64,000 nucleotides of DNA, taken from assembly GCA_036867785.1 (NCBI GenBank), contig CP145412.1, positions 124,001-188,000 of the forward strand, written 5' to 3'. Positions 57,401 through 64,000 of the stretch are shown in pieces. Made by a program: the position numbers and the translations under genes. The stretch comes from Plasmodiophora brassicae (taxonomy: Eukaryota). The notes beneath the pieces were generated by a model, which saw nothing but the letters and a program-made list of their open reading frames with translations, was not told the DNA's origin and made no database searches. The stretch's first letter is position 1, and the number at the start of each line of letters is the position of its first letter.

Positions 57401-60400
57401 GACGTCAAGCCATTCTTTGACTTCAGCGCACACCTGCAATTTGCGCAATAGGACTGCCCTGGCCGTCATGGCCACTGGAGGCAACGAGCACCAATCGGAA
57501 AGGATCTGGCCGATCGAGTTGCTGAACAGCAACCTCACCACAGCGGTATCCCCAAGCTCAACGAAGGCAGACATCAAGTCAAAGGCAACAGAAGGAAGAG
57601 TGTCAATCCTATAGATTCCCGATAAGTCATCCGAATGCCCAGCAACGGTACAGACGTACTTTGAGAGTGAAAGCTGTGCAAACTCTGATAATGCGTGCCG
57701 CTCTCCAGGAAGGTGCCGAGTACAGTGTAAGAAATTCGTGATAAATCGACTTCGAACACTGGGGTCTGCGAAGTACGGCACATCGGGTAGCCACAAATCG
57801 GAAGGGTCCCGGCCAGCATGCTCAAAGGCAAGCGACGCATCGTGCAGATCTTCCCACGCACCAAGGTGGGCTTGAGCATCAAGTTGTATATCTTCACATA
57901 ACTGGACCTCAAGATCCGTCAAGGCATCAGCCTCGTCGCTTGAAAACAGTTTGTCCACGTGCGATAACGCATCTGCAAACCTACCGGCAAGCACAGCCGC
58001 CAACGCATGATGCGATTCGGCATTAGCAACGAGGGTATTCGCAAGCCCATTGACCATGTCGGAATCGCGCAAGGTGCCGTATAACGCAAGGAGACCAGCG
58101 CGAAGTTCAAGAGACGCATCGAGATCTGGCATGTCGCCCACAATACGCGTCGTCTTAGCATAACCACCAGAAAGACGGCCGCGCTTTGTCGCGCGGACAT
58201 CATCCGAAGCGCTAGGCACTGGAGCAGTAAGCTGATGCTCTAGGAAGAGAATGCCGCTCTCGACACACGTTGTTCGTTGTGCGAGTCGGCAGATGCTTTG
58301 CGAGTCCACAGCATCAAGTGGTGGAACGCATCCCTGACACGCTAGAAGGATCGTCGAGACAAATACCGACGAAGGAGCTGACGCCATCGCTGGCATACGC
58401 TGAAGGATCCGTCCTAATTGCAGGCGTACCGAATCCTGTTCCGGGATAGACGCCGCGGTAACAATGGCTTGGAACAGAATGATAAACAGCTGCCGCGATA
58501 TGGACTGATCAGACGCTAAAGCACGGAGTGGAACGATAAGGTCACTGAGAGGGCTGAGGCAAGAACATGTTAATGTAGTGCGCCACGTGACAACCTGTCC
58601 GAACAATCTTACAACTGAATATCAGGAAACTCCCCATCGCGGTACGTTCGAAGGATTGTGACGCTATTTTGACGCAAGCTCTTCAACTTCTCCTGAACGG
58701 CACTCGCCTCTCTTGACTTGCGGTCATATGCCTGGATAGCCGCGCTCTGAATCCGTCTGGCCTCGCGCTTACCAAATCGTTGTCTACGCCGATACAGAGG
58801 AGCGGCAGGGGCTTCTGACGAATCAGCAGATAATCCGACACCGGTCGCAGCACCCAGAGTGTAGCCCGCAATGAGAGAAGGCCCTGACGGAAGAAGTGGG
58901 GAAACGCTGCGAGCTACTAGGGTCGGAGTGAAGAGAGGTCGAGGCCCACGTTTGGAAGCACTGTAGAACTTGTCGCTGACCGACTGCGAAAACATTGGCA
59001 AGCTCGAGGAATCAGTCGCAGGAAGCCAGGATCCGTCTAGTTGCAGAGTTGAGAAGCTGGCACTGTCATCCAGAGGAAATTCGGACACGGACGAAGAATA
59101 CTGAAGGGAGAGTTCACAGGGCTGGAGCAACGAGCTAACAGCGAATCCCAGCCAAAGTTTAGAAGATCCCGAGTCCTCGACGTCTGCCAGTTCGAGTAGA
59201 GTAGCCAGCCTGAGAGGTGGCTCAGGAGGCAGTCCCGAATTTGGCGAAATCCAGAAAGATGCAGCAATGGAGCGCACTTCATCGGATTCGTCAGAGGCGA
59301 ATATGATAAGCGCACGACGCATCATTAACGAAAGCTGCTCGCTGCATTCGACCATTTCAAGGACAGATACAACAGCCTTGCAGAGACTGGAGCGGCACTC
59401 CAAATCAGGATGATGAACATACCTGGACAGACGTTTCAGTGTGACAGCGTTGGAGATCTCGTCCCCACTTACTGCTTAATAAGAGGCCAGACACTGTTTG
59501 ACATGTCGTCGGATGTCATACGCGGAATGATAAAGCGAACGAGATCAATAACTATTCGATCGACATCGACCGACTGTTGCAGAACGGCATCACGAATAAC
59601 CGGAAGAACTTTCGCCACAGGTTCCTATAGCAATGAGTTAGTTCAAAGTTCGAACATGAATATGTCAAGTTCTCCCGACAGTGAGCTCTTTTGCAGAGTC
59701 ACATATCAGTTTCAGAGCAGCCAGCTGCATTTGTCCGCGAGCTGATCTTGCCCAGCCAGTACACTTGGCAAATGTCATGTCATCTAGCTTGTTGACGAAG
59801 CCGGGGTACTGCTGCATGATCCCCCGAACAATCGATATGGCTCGCACGAACTGGTTCTGGTTTATGGCCGTGGTGGTCTCAACAACGACATCCTGCATGA
59901 ATTCGGTCTGGGCTTGATCCATTTGACCGTGGTCCAGTGACCGAAGAGTGTGGCCAATCAGCTGGGCAGCGTTCGAGAACACGCTCTTAGAACTCGCAGA
60001 AAGGCACGTTTGAATATCATGCATAGTGTCGCGCGACAAATGCGGGTCCCATCCGACTTCGTACGGAATCTGCAACAATTGCAACCCGCAGGACACCGAA
60101 CGTGATCCAACGTTGCCGAACCCGTCCTCCGTTGCATTGCTATCGATGCTCCCTTTGATCAGCGCATGAGCTGCGGCGGTGTTAAAACGGACACGAAGAC
60201 CGCCCGATGCCCATTTCTTCGACAACAGACGAATCATTGAAATGTTGTGGCGCAATTTGGCTTCCGGTTGGAGCGAACGCGAATCCAAGGAGCCACTCCC
60301 GATGTCGTCGGCAACCAAAACCAAGTATGAAAGGAAATGGGTAGCACTTTCGATGTTCTTTCCAGACGGGACATATTCTGCGAAATCGTCCAGGAACAAG

Positions 60401-63400
60401 CTTGCCACATCCCGCCTGATAGAAGAGTCAGGAAAACATCGGGATATTGATAGAACATCGTTACAGGAGATAATGAAATCCAACACCACCGATCTTGTCT
60501 CCCGCCGTCACCAATTCGACAACTGGGGTAAACCAGATATCGGCAAAAGGCTCAAACGGTGCTGGACAGTTGAGAATCACCTTGAGAATGAATAGGCGCG
60601 TCTGCATCATACGTCAGAGCATGCAACTCATACTGAAACTGTGTCGACTACCTGCACCAGGCATGTAACGTCTGAAAGGGTTTGGCACAAACATCGCATC
60701 CAGTCGGGTGGGTTGTCGGGCGGCTTCCCTTTGAACTGAGTCGCCAGCCAAGTGACCTGAATGCACATTATTTACCATGTCGTGGACAGATGAGCTCAGC
60801 CGTACCAGCTTAATGACCGTAGGCATGGCATCCAATGAATTAATTGGATCAAGCTCAAGAACAGGAGCCGCTGCCAATGATTCCGAATCGTCGGCGTCAA
60901 CATCATCTTGTTCATCGGCGGCTGTTTCGTTTTCAGACATGAAGAGAATGCCATCGATAGACGCAAACTGTTGACTAAGAGATGAAGACGAAAGTACAGA
61001 ATTGCGAACTGGATCGGCCAATGCTTGCCCGCTGCGTGCGCCATTACTTCCTTTCCGCAACGATGACATGGCGAAATCGGTTTCAATTCGGAACACAGGC
61101 TTCCAGTCGGAATCCACAACCCCACTCAACTTCGCCTTGTCCAAGCAGAGCTGGACGAAAAAGCGCTCCTGAGGCATTTGGATTGCGATCATGGTCTCGA
61201 CTTGTAAGGTAAATGCGGCAGCCCGGATTGGTCGACCAGCAGGCGTTGTACAAAGAGAGAACGAATCGGAGCACGTTTTAACGAGTTGCTGGACCTGAGT
61301 AAGTCCTAGCTTGGGAACGAGTGTCTTAACGGCTTCGGCATCCGGTAGACGTTTGACAACCGTTGACAGGACCTTGAACGCCATTTGTGCTCCAAGCATA
61401 TCAGATCGAGCATTGGCGATCATGCCCCATATGCTTTGCGCATGAGCAGCAATTACGCTTTCAATCGGCAGAACACTAGCAAGAGGGCAAACAATGCATT
61501 CAGCTAAGAATACTCGGGCGTTAATTGCAGACGACGGGGCCGAATCAGTGGAGGGAGACAATAACAATGCTACTGAGCGATCAAGCCAATGCATGCCTTC
61601 GCTCCGAGCTAACGATACCCTTGCGACATCGGCAGTAATGGCTTCAACCGTGCTCGAAATTGAATTTCGAACCCGCATGTTGTTGCCATCACGCCTTCGC
61701 AATATAATCAGCATGGATTCGAAGAGTTCGAATCGGCGGGTGTACTGCAGCACTTCGAGAAGCCTGGTAAGGCAAACAGAAACTGTGGAGTGCCGTTGAA
61801 CTGAATCCCAGTGGAAGACTTCCTGCCACTGGCTCGTGCTGACCATGTCGTGAACAGCGGCACAAAGACGCAACTCAACTCCATCGGCAGGCCCGGAGAA
61901 CCCAGGGCGAATAGCGCAGCGTAGCAGACCTGCGGCATCAACCTGAGCTGGGGACGAAGGTCCCTTCAAGCACCGCTCAATGAGCGTGCAGACAGGTTCG
62001 ACCCACCGGGCGGTTCTGTCGCCAGAAAAGAAGACTGTTGACCAGGCGCCTATTCGACGAAGAATTCGAAGATGCGCGCGCGTTAACAATGAATTGCCGT
62101 CATTATCAAAGCGTGGTGATATTTCGGTCAACACAATGGCTAGAAACTGCCTGGGTTTGTCTTCAAACGGCTTGAACTGACGAACGGTTGCATCGACGAT
62201 TGCGGAGACAGCGGTGTGTCCAGATCCTTCGTTAGCGCCATAAAGGCGCTTGATGAATGATGACACAGATGACATGTCTCGATTAACAAGATAGCGAGCA
62301 ATTACTGTGGAAAACACTGCTTGAAACTGTTCGCCACAAGTCAGAGTCGACGATGACGACAAAGGTTTGTTGTCGGTCAACAAAGCAACCAAGTCAACGT
62401 CAGACAGCCCGATAAGAAGAGCAAGATTCATGACAGAGCGAGCCTCTTCGAATTGACTTGAAAGTAGAACCATCGAGGCCAGCTCGTGAGCAAGCCGCTG
62501 GTAAGGGAAGTCAGATGCGATTTCGAATCCAGCTGCGAAGCAGAACATATACCTTGGCAATGGCCCTTTGAGTTTGCAAACGTCCTGCTTCCATGAGACA
62601 CGAAATAAATTCGGTACGACGTCGCGACTGGAGCAGGGCTCGAGCGCTCAGTGATTGTAAGTGCAAACTGGTCTCAAGTATCGACGAAAAGGGTCCTGGT
62701 TTCGAGGTGATAAAGGAAGAGATGATCGATTTACATTCTTTGGAAGAAGGAAGATCGCCAGCAAGAGCATCGACGCAAACCTTAGGAAAAGTATCGTCTT
62801 GGAAGAGACAGTTGAACCCAAACAATTCACCGTGGTTAGAGTGCAAGATATTTAGAAGGTGCAACAGATCCAACAACATCGTGCCCGTTAGTTCCTTGTC
62901 TTTCATCTCACGAATCTGTCCAAGAAACCAGGTGACCGAGTGGACGAGCTTTACACTGAGACGCGGAATGATGTCGTTTCCAGGAATCACACGACTGATC
63001 CACGCGTATACATGGAGCGTGCGTGCCAAGGATTGGAGGTTATTGTCAATGTTCTGTTCGGCATCCAGTGCATCGTCGATCAATGAGACAGACCCAGAAA
63101 CGTACGGCATGCATGCAGCAAAGGTCGACATGCAAAGATCCCTGAACGATCGCTCATTCCGCTGGACGATTTCGGTTATTAACCATGACAGAAACGAGTG
63201 GAGATCTTTGAAACCAACGTCGACTCCATCATCGATGTGCCGACGATTAGAAAGCAACTGCACCTTTGAGTGCTTCGGATCAGTTATTGCTCTTAAGTAC
63301 TGGTCAATAGCACGGCGGGCGACGTCGACGCAGACGCGATGAAGAGGCAGAGGATCGCGAACGGCAGATTCCGCGACACTGAGTAACAAGCACCCAAGGA

Positions 63401-64000
63401 TTTGCAGCAGGTATCGCACCACCAGATCGTCATGTTCTCGCAGGTCGCGACCCAAATGTGCAAGCGCCAGACACGCTCCCAACCGCTGATTTCGTTTAGG
63501 GCGCCGTGAAAGGCGGAGAAGAAGATGGACAACGGAATCTAGGCTGACAGGAGAATCTTCACTGGTAGCCTTCGAAGGGTTCTGAAGAGGCCATCGGCAA
63601 AACTCGCGAAGACACATCGAGCAGAGATCGCGAAGAGCGCTATCCTTGTCAGCCAGCCCGTCAACCATAGCATCGACAAAGCATATGGCCTCCCGTTGCT
63701 CGTAACGGCTGTTCTGAGAAAACCATCGGCACAGTTGAAAGGCCAATGCCCGAAAAATTCGCGAAACAACAGGATCAGCATCAACAGCGAGGCGAAGAAC
63801 ATTCGGGAAAATGTGGCGGTATAAGCGGTAGAAAGGTGTGGCCTTGCGCTGATCGACGTCTCGCAAGCGTTGTCGAGGATCGCGGGCATTGTCAGCGATA
63901 CATTTACCAATAACAGCATGAAGCATCTCTGCTGCAGCGATCTTCAGCCTGCGATTCGGCGACTTCTGTGCCACGCTGCAAATATATGGAAGAAGCGAAT
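54473..64000 (-). CDS. PRKDC: DNA-dependent protein kinase catalytic subunit, 3' portion (5' end beyond window), multi-exon
   Basis: KIAAAEMLHA; RTYRDGEFPDIQ; VPSWMF..W; YPHALIYP; LVKCGEDLRLDERIQLLF; GIGDRHL; IDFGVAFG..L.VPELVPIRFT; FATC LSVDDQVACLLEHASDPALLGRSWQGWRPFV*. Confidence 0.95.

Noticed and set aside
1-64000. tRNA, rRNA or prokaryotic operon/defence systems
   Set aside because: None recognised; genes are intron-containing eukaryotic types throughout.

Overview
Gene-dense, GC-rich eukaryotic DNA with many short (~45-65 nt) GT-AG introns and very short intergenic spacers. The gene content and style (secreted ankyrin proteins, Sfi1, DNA-PKcs, BLTP2) suggest a protist such as the plasmodiophorid Plasmodiophora brassicae; this is inference only. 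About 23 protein-coding genes are supportable. Housekeeping genes: AGC kinase, RIT1, At2g23090/ZNF706-like, IMP4, GPKOW, SFI1, PH/FYVE-TKL kinase, TMEM260, DDX21-like, RPS14, NDUFA12-family, ALG9, CSN5, SMU1, BLTP2/Hobbit and the 3' part of PRKDC. Secreted effector-like genes: two ankyrin, two C2H2 zinc-finger, one bacterial-type DUF4955/pectate-lyase-fold protein and a small peptide. The first ~14 kb also holds a decayed hAT transposon and gene debris (three Sfi1 fragments, an IMPase pseudogene, lipase and ankyrin remnants). Main observations: (1) a 12-bp-periodic CGGA(C/G)NCCG motif just upstream of four translation/ribosome-biogenesis genes; (2) a ~980-bp inverted repeat built from two head-to-head paralogous gene ends, a candidate hairpin/small-RNA locus; (3) a probable bacteria-derived secreted polysaccharide-lyase-fold gene; (4) secreted zinc-finger proteins; (5) a kinase whose PH domain is split by a FYVE finger. 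Exon boundaries were read by eye, families were recognised from remembered motifs, and no database searches were run.
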